Assembly: GCF_000022265.1 (NCBI RefSeq)
Contig: NC_011979.1
Coordinates: 3,510,001 to 3,542,000 of the forward strand
DNA: 32,000 nt
Direction of reading: 5' to 3'
From: Geotalea daltonii FRC-32
GTDB lineage: Bacteria > Desulfobacterota > Desulfuromonadia > Geobacterales > Geobacteraceae
The notes under the pieces were generated by a model that saw only the letters and a list, made by a program, of their open reading frames with translations, ran no database searches and was not told where the DNA came from. Both the position numbers and the translations under genes were made by a program. Of the stretch, positions 14,225 to 22,627 are shown one piece after another (position 1 is the stretch's first letter; every line of letters starts with the position of its first letter).

Positions 14225-15109
14225 TCAATCAGAATAGGTCATACCCAGTTTACGAATGACACTATGATTGGTTTTTAAGGAAATGGAGCGGGGATCTTCA
14301 ACGGGTATGTCGGCAGGAGCCAGTCCACCAAGGAGTCGATTGGCCATTTCCCCGGCCTGCTTTCCCATGGCAAAACGGTCTGCCTCCAGAGCGGCAGCGG
14401 CGCCATAGGCAAGGTAAACATCGGAGAAGGCAAAAATCGGTTTAGCCTGCTCCATGGCAAAGAGGAAGTAAGCATCAACAGTTCCTCTCGTCATGGCCGT
14501 TGCATCGGGCAAAAGCCACAGCGAATCAACATTGCCCTTAAGGGTGGACAACTGCAGTGGCGTTTGACGCGGGTTGTGAACCTCACGCAGTACGAGATCG
14601 ACCCCGGCACGTTCTGCGGCCTGACGTGCACGTTTTATATAGGCCCCGCTACGCGCCTGGCTGAAAAGGATACCCACCTTCCTGACCTGGAATGTTTTAA
14701 ACAATGTGATGTACCGTTCAGGTGAGATTGTCATTCGTACGCCAGTGACATTGGCTGGAGTATTTCCGGATGAGAGGTTAAGGGCCATCACCGAGATTAT
14801 GGGAATGCGCCGGATCTTTTTCAAAGCTGCCAGGGCGGAATCGCCTATGGCCAGTATGAGGGATGGCTGTTCTTCCCTGACGATTCTGGCAATGTCTGTT
14901 TCGGAGTAGTCCTCTAGAACGATCGTGTGGCTGCTGACGGTACAGGCAGTCCTGAAGCCCTTGAAGGCCTCGCCGTAACCGGAATGACGTGTGCTCTGCA
15001 CTATTAGAACCTCGGCGGCCAGTGCCTGCGCCGGCAACAGCAGAAAGACTGCCAGTATAAGCGGCAGGAGCAGTTTCAAAACTTGAACCTCATGCCACCT
15101 TCCAGCCAC
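14225..15109 (-). CDS. periplasmic ABC-type substrate-binding-like protein (ABC_sub_bind type)
   Basis: Signal peptide (LLLPLILAVFLLLPAQALA). The overall pattern (IVQSTRHSGYGEAFKGF..., ILAIGDSALAAL, LWLLPDATA) resembles the PF04392-type proteins often paired with TonB receptors and sensor kinases. The start may instead be the TTG at 15079, which overlaps the upstream TGA. Confidence 0.65.
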   Translation of the reverse strand: MAGRWHEVQVLKLLLPLILAVFLLLPAQALAAEVLIVQSTRHSGYGEAFKGFRTACTVSSHTIVLEDYSETDIARIVREEQPSLILAIGDSALAALKKIRRIPIISVMALNLSSGNTPANVTGVRMTISPERYITLFKTFQVRKVGILFSQARSGAYIKRARQAAERAGVDLVLREVHNPRQTPLQLSTLKGNVDSLWLLPDATAMTRGTVDAYFLFAMEQAKPIFAFSDVYLAYGAAAALEADRFAMGKQAGEMANRLLGGLAPADIPVEDPRSISLKTNHSVIRKLGMTYSD

Positions 15110-16899
15110 CGGCCGGTGTTTTCGAGCATAAACAGCTGATACTGGGAATTGTCGAAAACATTATGCACCGTAAAAAACAGCTCTGGAGCATATTCCCTCA
15201 GTGAAATACTTTTTGTCAGGCTCAGATCCCAAAGAACGGAAGCATCTCTGGCTCCATTTTCAGGCACGGCATTCCAGCGAACGTAGTTTCCGGTCAGAAC
15301 ACCGCGCAAACCAGTATGGCTATCGTCATATTGGAGAGAAAGCTTGGCCGAATGAACAGGCACCGTCTTGATCCGCTCGTTGGTTTCCCTATTGCGGGCA
15401 TCGGTAAAGGTATAACCGGCGGTAAAGAAGAGACCATACAAGGGGACCGTACGCACCTCAAGTTCACCCCCCTGCCTTACGGCTTGCTTCAGGTCCGGAA
15501 TATAAGCGTTGTCAATATCCCAGAGATGGTTGTAAAAGAAAGTTCCTTTCAACCAGACGTATGGAAGTTGGGAAGATTCGGCGCCTACCTGGGCCGTCCA
15601 GACCTGCTCCGGGGGTTTCACACGCAAGGCGTTGGGAAGACTGTAACCCTTGGCGCCATAACAACGCAGCACTGTCTTTTCGGTCAGTTGATAGGTAGCG
15701 CCCAGGGTATAGCTGAATAGATTGCTATCTATTCCGGTGTCGTCAAAGCGAATACCGGGCAGTATTGTCAGGTCGCCGATGGTGTAGGCGCCATTGGTAT
15801 ATATTCCCCAGCGGTCCATCACCCGCTCATCAAGGTCTGCCTGGAGCAGAGTCACCCTCTGACTGACAGTGTCATGTTGATAATCGACGCCTACGACCAG
15901 ATTTCGCCATGAATCACCCCAGGTAACTTTGGCACTGGTTCCCCTGGTTCTTTCTCGGGCCGTATAGGAAAAATCCCCCAGTAAGACGCCGGCATAGGTG
16001 TGGGCAAAATATTCATGTGTTTTGCGGGATTCCCGGACCAATAAATCCAGTTTCAGCCTGTTATGAAAGGGATAGACGAAATTGAGGAAGGAATAACCAT
16101 AGCTGGAGCTGTCGGAATCCTTCACATCGAACTCAGAGGAGGAAAAAAGCCCCCTGACCGCCCCACGATAGTCGAAACCAAGAGTTAGATAGCCTTTGGC
16201 AGGGAAGTCATAGGTAATCTTTCCGTAGGCGTTGTTTCCATTGATCTGGTTATCGGCGACAAGCCCGCTGGAGTGGAGATTGCCGCCACTCAGGTAATAG
16301 CCGAAACGATTTATGGTACCGCTGAGCTCCCCACGCATGTCCGATGTGGACTTCTGGCCGTAGGATGAAAAGACGCTGCCAGCGACAGCCTTATCAGCTT
16401 CTGGAGATTTTGTTACGATATTGATGACTCCGCCCAGGGCCTGACCCCAGGCAGCAGAAGCCGCCCCCTTTATAATCTCGACCCGCTCGATGTGCTGCAC
16501 GGAAATCATTCCCAGGTCCGGGGCATTTTCCACCAGGTCATTTTGGGGCACACCGTCTATAAGGACCTGGATATGCTTGCTGATCGCCCCTTGGATATTG
16601 AAAAAAGACCAGCTGCCGGGAGTTCGCACCTGTTCCAGCTGGATACCTGGTACGGTGTTAAGCACCTCGGCCAGGGTGTGGACATTGAGGGATTCAATCT
16701 GTTCGGCGGTGATTACGGTGACATTCTCGGCAATGCGAGAGGCGGGGCGTGGCGAAGGTGCAGGTGCATCGGAAATCTTTTCCGTAAAAAAACCGAGTTT
16801 GGTCAACTCATCTTCCGCTTGATCACCCCAGGCTGGAACCACTGCCATAAGAGCTAAGACCATAAAAATAAGTTGCATTTTAACGCGAAACAGCTTCAA
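15076..16899 (-). CDS. TonB-dependent outer-membrane receptor
   Basis: Signal peptide, plug region (ENVTVITAEQIESLNVHTLAEVLNTVPGIQL, VLIDGVPQND, ERVEIIKGAASAAWG), a long beta-barrel region and a terminal aromatic residue (..GGMRFKF). The start is either TTG 16899 or ATG 16878. Confidence 0.85.
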   Translation of the reverse strand: MKLFRVKMQLIFMVLALMAVVPAWGDQAEDELTKLGFFTEKISDAPAPSPRPASRIAENVTVITAEQIESLNVHTLAEVLNTVPGIQLEQVRTPGSWSFFNIQGAISKHIQVLIDGVPQNDLVENAPDLGMISVQHIERVEIIKGAASAAWGQALGGVINIVTKSPEADKAVAGSVFSSYGQKSTSDMRGELSGTINRFGYYLSGGNLHSSGLVADNQINGNNAYGKITYDFPAKGYLTLGFDYRGAVRGLFSSSEFDVKDSDSSSYGYSFLNFVYPFHNRLKLDLLVRESRKTHEYFAHTYAGVLLGDFSYTARERTRGTSAKVTWGDSWRNLVVGVDYQHDTVSQRVTLLQADLDERVMDRWGIYTNGAYTIGDLTILPGIRFDDTGIDSNLFSYTLGATYQLTEKTVLRCYGAKGYSLPNALRVKPPEQVWTAQVGAESSQLPYVWLKGTFFYNHLWDIDNAYIPDLKQAVRQGGELEVRTVPLYGLFFTAGYTFTDARNRETNERIKTVPVHSAKLSLQYDDSHTGLRGVLTGNYVRWNAVPENGARDASVLWDLSLTKSISLREYAPELFFTVHNVFDNSQYQLFMLENTGRWLEGGMRFKF

Positions 16900-17064
16900 A
16901 TGGATTCCTACTTTAATGAGACGACAAAAGGGAATGGAAACTGCATGTTATAAATTCATGCTTACCATCAAATTTTGCTTTTTAATAACAGATTGTCGAT
17001 TGAGAGTCCATAGACTTTTGTAGGACATCCTTCGGGATGTATTCTGTACGGCGGAGGTGGCAAT

Positions 17065-17166
17065 ATGGAGAACGAAACCGTAGAACTGGAAGTTCTGGAC
17101 GAAGGGCAGTCGAATGAAGAAGAGAATAATACCTGCTGCATGTCAGGCCTTACACGCATTTTCTGA
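17065..17166 (+). CDS. 33-aa RiPP precursor candidate (acidic leader, Cys-Cys core)
   Basis: This ORF is not in the supplied track because it is under 60 aa. GGAGGTGG lies 5 nt upstream of the ATG. Translation: MENETVELEVLDEGQSNEEENNTCCMSGLTRIF. It lies 58 nt upstream of a radical SAM/SPASM gene and is followed by a terminator hairpin. Confidence 0.65.
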   Translation: MENETVELEVLDEGQSNEEENNTCCMSGLTRIF

Positions 17167-17185
17167 AACTGTACCAACCTGTCTG

Positions 17186-17213
17186 GGGGGAGCCACAACT
17201 CCCCCACTTTTTT
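17186..17213 (+). terminator. intrinsic terminator/attenuator between precursor and maturase
   Basis: gggggag (17186-17192), a ccacaa loop and ctccccc (17199-17205), then ac + tttttt (17208-17213). Confidence 0.55.
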
Positions 17214-17224
17214 GAGGCAGAAAG

Positions 17225-18553
17225 ATGCCACTTTCCCGCTACCTGAAAATTTATCCCTGCCCGGACAAAGCCGATTCATTCATCGTCTACTCCACCAGGA
17301 AGGGTTCCTTGATAAGGGTCTCGTCAGCCCTGCTGGCAGCAGCCCGTGAAGGCACCCTTGGCGAAGCGGACCGGCGTACGCTCAGCCGCCTGGCAGTTTT
17401 CACCGAAGATCTGGATGCCGAGAGGAACGAGATGCTGTCGACGGTAGACAGAGCCAATCGGAGCACCAGCAGGTTCAAGGCCATCATCGTCCTCAATCTT
17501 GACTGCAACCTGGCCTGCCCCTACTGCTACGAAGACCCCTTCCGCGGCAGACATTACATGTCGGCAGCTACCGCCGGACAGCTGATAGAAACGCTTGTCG
17601 ATAATCAGCTGAGACAAGATCGCGACGTCCAGTTGGATTTCTATGGTGGAGAAGCGCTGCTTTCAAAATCTTTACTGACGAAAATAGCTGCTGCCCTCTC
17701 GGATGCCGCCCACAGCCACGGGAGAAAGTTCTCATTCGGCATGGTAACCAATGGCACCCTTCTCACCAGGTCAACTGTTGAAGAATTGCTGCCTCTCGGC
17801 TTTACCGGCGCCAAGGTTACCCTTGACGGGCCGAAGGAAATCCATGACCGGCAACGTCCCTTCATATCGGGCAATGGCAGTTTCGATACCATCGTCAGCA
17901 ATTTGAAAGGGGTATGGGATCTCATAGACCTACAGATCGGGGGTAATTTCTCCCCCGACAATTATCGCCAATTCCCCCGTCTGCTCGACCACTTGCTAAA
18001 GGAGGGACTGACGCCGGATAAGGTAGGTCTGATACAATTCTCGCCCATCATACCGAAGGCGGCCAAATCCGCCGAAATCAGCTTCGTATCGGGCTGCACC
18101 TCTTCTGCCGATGCCTGGCTTGCGGAGGCGGCACTCTTTCTGCGGGAGGAAACATTAAAGCGGGGGTATGCAGTGCATAAACCTGCAATGGCCGCATGTA
18201 TGGTTGAATTTGATGACTACATGGCAGTAAATTACGACGGCAGGCTGTTCAAATGTCCCGCTTTTATCGGCTGGCCGGAGCTGTCGGTCGGAACATTGAC
18301 GGATGGAATAAGTGATTATTCCGTCTCCCATAACCTGAACCTGTGGAAAAACGAACAATGCCTGGACTGCAGCTACCTGCCCATCTGCTTTGGCGGCTGC
18401 AGGTTCCTCACGCTGGTAAAAAACAATGCCATTGAGGGATTAGATTGCCGTAAGGAATTTTTCGATGCGACCCTGGAACAAATCGTCATTCAGGACTTGC
18501 GGTATCGAGCTGGAAAGAAACCGAAAGAAAGGTCGCAAACAGCGCAGACATGA
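17225..18553 (+). CDS. radical SAM/SPASM peptide-modifying maturase
   Basis: CNLACPYCYE (CxxxCxxC) after an N-terminal region of about 90 aa that could be a RiPP recognition element. C-terminal SPASM cysteines are present (CPAFIGW..., CLDCSYLPICFGGC). It resembles what I recall being annotated as a putative geopeptide radical SAM maturase in Geobacter. This is unverified. Confidence 0.85.
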   Translation: MPLSRYLKIYPCPDKADSFIVYSTRKGSLIRVSSALLAAAREGTLGEADRRTLSRLAVFTEDLDAERNEMLSTVDRANRSTSRFKAIIVLNLDCNLACPYCYEDPFRGRHYMSAATAGQLIETLVDNQLRQDRDVQLDFYGGEALLSKSLLTKIAAALSDAAHSHGRKFSFGMVTNGTLLTRSTVEELLPLGFTGAKVTLDGPKEIHDRQRPFISGNGSFDTIVSNLKGVWDLIDLQIGGNFSPDNYRQFPRLLDHLLKEGLTPDKVGLIQFSPIIPKAAKSAEISFVSGCTSSADAWLAEAALFLREETLKRGYAVHKPAMAACMVEFDDYMAVNYDGRLFKCPAFIGWPELSVGTLTDGISDYSVSHNLNLWKNEQCLDCSYLPICFGGCRFLTLVKNNAIEGLDCRKEFFDATLEQIVIQDLRYRAGKKPKERSQTAQT

Positions 18554-20118
18554 ACCTGCAGAAACTGAAAAAAAACTTTCGCTTCAGGCTGTTTGCCATT
18601 TTCACGGTCATCACCGCCCTTATCACCGCCCTGTTTACCGGGCTTCTGGTAAATCACGATATTGCCTCATACCGCTTGCAGGCAGCGGAAAAAGCCCATC
18701 TTCTCGCCTCACTTCTTGCCAACACCATACGTCTGCCGCTATATGCGGAAGACAGACAGACACTGGAGCATGTTGCCCGGGAAACGGTCCGAAAACCGGG
18801 GGTTGTCCATGTTGTCATCGCTAATCAGGAAGGTACGGTACTTGTCGATCTGGTAAAACAGAACGTGGAGGATCCGGGCACCGTTACCAGTGTCACCGTG
18901 AGTGTCACTTCCGGCAGCATGGCCGATTCAGCCGAATCGGCGCTGACCGGGGACGGCACGGGTGAGGCAAATCCCATCGGCTCGGTACGCCTGTACCTGA
19001 ATTCGGAAGACCTGCCGAAAAAGATCCGGGACACGATTATCTTTACCTCGACTCTGGCTCTTATTTTCTGGTTATCGGTTTTGGCCCTCAGTTTTCTCGC
19101 CCTGAAAAAAGCTACCCGGTCATTCAACGCTCTGATGCAGGGAGTCGAGCACATCAGGCAAGGCGACTATTCGGTGAGGATTGCCATCCAATCAAACGAT
19201 GAGCCTGAACAGGCTGCCATGGCAATCAACGATCTTGCAACGACCCTGCAAAATCGGGAGCTGGAAAACCGACGGCTGCAGTCGGAACTGCTCAATGCCA
19301 TGAAAATCGAGGTCCGGGAAGAAAGAAAGCTGCTCATGGCCAAGCTGATCCAGACCAACAGGATGACCTCCCTCGGGCTGCTGGTCTCCAGCATGGCCCA
19401 CGAAATCAACAACCCCAACGGCGCAATAAGACTTGCTGCACAGTACCTTAACAAGGCATGGAAGGATGCTGTCCCCGTGCTGGAAGGGGTAGCCAGGGAG
19501 GAGGGTGATTTCAGCTTGGGCGGGATTCCACTGAGCATGGCAGGTGAAGAAGTGATCAGGAGCGGTGAGAATATCATCCGCAATACCGGGAGGATCGAAG
19601 CGGTAATCAGGAACCTCAGGTCCTACAGCCTGGGAGAACGCAACGAGTTGCGCCCGGACATGGATGTCAACATGGTCATAAATGATGCCCTGGCTGTAAT
19701 CCGCGCCCATGGCCGTCATGGCAATCTGGAGATTGCCGTGGAACTGGCTGACGACCTGCCGCTGGTGAACGGCAACCGGCACCAGATGGAACAGGTCATT
19801 ATCAACCTGCTGTTGAACGCCATCCAGGCAATGCCCGGTGAGAGCGGCACCATTAATCTTACAACCGCCAGGGATGGCCGTGCCGAAGAAGTGCTTATTT
19901 CCGTGAGAGACGAAGGAGTCGGAATTCTTCCGGAAAACCAGGAGAGGCTCTACGAGCCTTTTTTCTCAACGAGAATCGATGACGGTGGAAGCGGATTGGG
20001 TCTTTACATTTCCAATTTCATCATCACCGAACACCAGGGAAAGCTGGAGGTACTTTCCTCGCCCGGAGTGGGAAGCACCTTTACCATCAGGCTTCCCGTG
20101 CCCCAATCGGCAGGATAA
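18550..20118 (+). CDS. HAMP-domain sensor histidine kinase
   Basis: Two TM helices flank a periplasmic region of about 140 aa. HAMP domain, H-box MAHEINNPNGAI, N-box NLLLNAIQAM, G-boxes DEGVGI and GGSGLGLYIS. The start overlaps the maturase stop (ATGA at 18550-18553). Confidence 0.9.
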   Translation: MNLQKLKKNFRFRLFAIFTVITALITALFTGLLVNHDIASYRLQAAEKAHLLASLLANTIRLPLYAEDRQTLEHVARETVRKPGVVHVVIANQEGTVLVDLVKQNVEDPGTVTSVTVSVTSGSMADSAESALTGDGTGEANPIGSVRLYLNSEDLPKKIRDTIIFTSTLALIFWLSVLALSFLALKKATRSFNALMQGVEHIRQGDYSVRIAIQSNDEPEQAAMAINDLATTLQNRELENRRLQSELLNAMKIEVREERKLLMAKLIQTNRMTSLGLLVSSMAHEINNPNGAIRLAAQYLNKAWKDAVPVLEGVAREEGDFSLGGIPLSMAGEEVIRSGENIIRNTGRIEAVIRNLRSYSLGERNELRPDMDVNMVINDALAVIRAHGRHGNLEIAVELADDLPLVNGNRHQMEQVIINLLLNAIQAMPGESGTINLTTARDGRAEEVLISVRDEGVGILPENQERLYEPFFSTRIDDGGSGLGLYISNFIITEHQGKLEVLSSPGVGSTFTIRLPVPQSAG

Positions 20119-20125
20119 ATCGCAC

Positions 20126-21541
20126 TCATGGGCTGCCGAATGCCGCAAGCTTCTTCTGCAAGGTGGGCCTGGAAATGCCCAACAGCTCGGCAGCAGCGGT
20201 CTTGTTACCGTTTGTTATCTTTAACGCCTCATCTGACAGCAGGCGCTCCATGTCGGAAAAATTGGGAAATTGCTCAAACGTGGCCTGCAGGCAAAAAATC
20301 CCAGCATATGCCAGCTTAACTTCCGGTTTGCCGCTTCCCCCCTTTTGCTTCAGTTCGGGAAAGTCCTCCAGGGTAAGAATCTCCCTGCGGCTCTGGGCAA
20401 CCCCCTTGTATATTTTGCTGATAAGCTCCCGAACGTTTCCCGGATAGTCATATTCCTGCAAAGCGACCACCAGTTCACGGGAAATATCCGGTACCGGCTT
20501 TTCGTAAGAACTTGCTGCCTTGGCCACATAATGCTCCACAAGGGGAATGATATCCTGGCTTCTATCCCGGAGAGGCGGAATATGCAGCTCATGGAAACAG
20601 AGGCGCTGGTAAAGGTCATGCCTGAATTTACCTTGGGTAATCAGAGCCGAGAAGTCATGGTTGGATGCGGCGATGATGCGTGCATCGGACTTTATCAGGA
20701 CATCGGAGCCGAGCCGGTAGTATTCGCGTTCTTGCAAAAGCCGCAGCAACTTGACCTGGGATTCCATGGTCATGTCACCTATCTCGTCAAGGAACAGGGT
20801 TCCCCCCTGGGCCTTGGCGATCAGTCCTTCCCTGGGCTCGTTGGCGCCGGTGAAAGCGCCTTTTTTGTGGCCGAAGAGGGTATCACTGAACATGAAGTCA
20901 TCCAGGCCGGCAACATTCAGGGGGACGAAGGCTCCGGAGAACTCGCTGGACCTGTGGATGGCTCTGGCGATCAGTTCTTTGCCGACACCGGTCTCGCCCT
21001 GGATGAGGACGGGATGGCATGAGGGTGCGACCGTTTCTATCAACTTGAAGAGGGACTGCATTTTTTCGCTTCTGGTGATCAGGTCACTGAAGTGTTCCGG
21101 GTGGGCCAACGGCTCGCCGAGGAGATAGCCTTTCAGCACCTTGTTCTGATTGGCAAGTTCGCTGATGTGGAACGCCTTTTCCACGGTCAGCAGCAGGCGG
21201 TCGGCATCCACCGGCTTGGTCATGTAGTCGAATGCCCCTTGCTTGATGCATCTGACCACCGTTTGCAGGTCGCTGACAGCCGTTATGACGATAACCGGGA
21301 CATGGGGGAACCTGCGTGCCAGCAACGGAAGGAGTTCCGCACCGGTCAGGCCAGGCATTATCCAATCCATCAGCACCACCGAATAGTTGTTCTGCTCCAG
21401 CCTGGACACCACTTCACTGCTGTCGGAAATGGTCTCTATCCCCCTTATGCCGTTGGATAGAAGCATCAGTCTCAATTCATGCAGAACAGCAGTATCGTCA
21501 TCGACGATCAGGACCGATTGATTGGCAACATTGTTATTCAT
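20126..21541 (-). CDS. sigma54-dependent response regulator (NtrC family enhancer-binding protein)
   Basis: REC domain (VLIVDDD...VLMDWIMPG), an AAA+ sigma54-interaction domain (GETGVGKE, GAFTGA, ...) and a C-terminal Fis-type HTH (AAAELLGISRPTLQKKL). Confidence 0.9.
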   Translation of the reverse strand: MNNNVANQSVLIVDDDTAVLHELRLMLLSNGIRGIETISDSSEVVSRLEQNNYSVVLMDWIMPGLTGAELLPLLARRFPHVPVIVITAVSDLQTVVRCIKQGAFDYMTKPVDADRLLLTVEKAFHISELANQNKVLKGYLLGEPLAHPEHFSDLITRSEKMQSLFKLIETVAPSCHPVLIQGETGVGKELIARAIHRSSEFSGAFVPLNVAGLDDFMFSDTLFGHKKGAFTGANEPREGLIAKAQGGTLFLDEIGDMTMESQVKLLRLLQEREYYRLGSDVLIKSDARIIAASNHDFSALITQGKFRHDLYQRLCFHELHIPPLRDRSQDIIPLVEHYVAKAASSYEKPVPDISRELVVALQEYDYPGNVRELISKIYKGVAQSRREILTLEDFPELKQKGGSGKPEVKLAYAGIFCLQATFEQFPNFSDMERLLSDEALKITNGNKTAAAELLGISRPTLQKKLAAFGSP

Positions 21542-21591
21542 AGCGGCTCACCTTTTTCCGCAGGATTTCTCAAATCAATGCCACCGTTTAT

Positions 21592-21607
21592 AGCACATTG
21601 CGTGCCA
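21592..21607 (-). promoter_or_regulatory. sigma54 -24/-12 promoter for the response-regulator gene
   Basis: The minus strand reads TGGCAC-GCAAT-GTGCT, with correct GG-N10-GC spacing, about 50 nt upstream of the ATG at 21541. Confidence 0.6.
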
Positions 21608-21710
21608 CGGGACCATCTTTGAAACCGGCAGCCATCGATTTCCCCGGCCTCCGGTTAAATATGCGCCTTGCGCCACTGTTCATTATTGCTATACTTTTAA
21701 CAATTATAGA

Positions 21711-21798
21711 TAGTTTCCATCCGGAAAGGGTGCTTTTCTGGCCCTTGATTTCCTTGCCAGGACAAAAAATCCCCTCTTTCCGAATCGGAAACCACTAG
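21711..21798. repeat. repeat element copy B (88-nt core)
   Basis: Reverse complement of 11777-11923 minus the 59-nt insertion, with 3 substitutions. It contains two TTTCC..GGAAA palindromes (tttccatccggaaa at 21714, tttccgaatcggaaa at 21776). It is followed by a 2x tandem cactagatag (21793-21812). Confidence 0.75.
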
Positions 21799-21856
21799 AT
21801 AGCACTAGATAGATATGCAATTCATCCCAAGTAATGGCCATGGGCAAGGAAGCAGA

Positions 21857-22255
21857 ATGGGAATTCTGACTGAAGAAATGGGCCGGTTCATTGAAGAAGC
21901 AGGGCATGCGTTCGTAGCTTCGGCAGACGCAACTGGACACCCTCACCTGGCCGCAGGACGGGATCTCCACGTCAGAAACGATTCGCACCTTGTCTTTGAA
22001 GCCTGGTTATGTCGCACCACAATGGAAAATATTACGGCAAATCCGATGGTTGCAGTTGCGGTGGCGACTCCTGCTACCGATAAAGGCTACCAATTCGGGG
22101 GTGTGGTCGAATCAGCTACAGATACTGCCATAATGGACGGCTACACAAAAGAGGGGGAAGATTCAGCCCTGCCTCAAGTGCAGTACAGACTGGTAATCAG
22201 AGTTGACACGGTAATGGAATTCAGCTCGGGAATCCATTCCGACCAGCCGCTGTAA
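21857..22255 (+). CDS. pyridoxamine 5'-phosphate oxidase-like FMN-binding family protein
   Basis: MGILTEEMGRFIEEAGHAFVASADATGHPHLAAGR... is a typical PNPOx-like split-barrel N-terminus. The ATG at 21857 has GGAAG upstream, while the track start at 21815 has no SD and abuts the repeat. Confidence 0.55.
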   Translation: MGILTEEMGRFIEEAGHAFVASADATGHPHLAAGRDLHVRNDSHLVFEAWLCRTTMENITANPMVAVAVATPATDKGYQFGGVVESATDTAIMDGYTKEGEDSALPQVQYRLVIRVDTVMEFSSGIHSDQPL

Positions 22256-22357
22256 GCCCGCATCAATCAAATCACGGTCATTGCAATCACCTGGCAGCCC
22301 AGCAGTCTCACGACCGGCATAGCAAAATATCCGACTGCAAACAATGGGAGAATGTCC

Positions 22358-22624
22358 ATGGAAAAAAGAAAATTCGCCCGGCTGGCAATGCACTCCGACA
22401 CCAACATCAAATTCAATAACACCATGTACAGCGGTACCGTCCGGGACCTCAGCATGAAGGGTGCATTTGTCACGACCGATGTCCTGATTCCGGTGAACGA
22501 GACGGTGGAAGTGACCATCTATACCTCTTCCACCCCCAACATGCTCTGCGATCTGCAGGCGAAAGTCATCAGATCTACGGAATACGGCATCGGGCTGGAA
22601 TTCGAAAAGACAGTTCTCGATTGA
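22358..22624 (+). CDS. single-domain PilZ protein (c-di-GMP receptor type)
   Basis: RKFAR (RxxxR) and DLSMKG (DxSxxG) motifs at the correct spacing. GGGAGA lies 6 nt upstream of the ATG at 22358. Confidence 0.75.
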   Translation: MEKRKFARLAMHSDTNIKFNNTMYSGTVRDLSMKGAFVTTDVLIPVNETVEVTIYTSSTPNMLCDLQAKVIRSTEYGIGLEFEKTVLD

Positions 22625-22627
22625 ATC

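Noticed and set aside
16968-17279. 103-aa minus-strand ORF overlapping the precursor peptide, the terminator and the maturase start
   Set aside because: It runs antisense through a well-supported plus-strand small ORF with SD, through a terminator hairpin and into the rSAM start. It has no RBS and no recognisable features.
21735-21760. TGGCCC...TTGCC inside repeat copy B, which looks like a sigma54 promoter
   Set aside because: The GG and GC are separated by 14 nt instead of the required 10, so it does not fit -24/-12 geometry.
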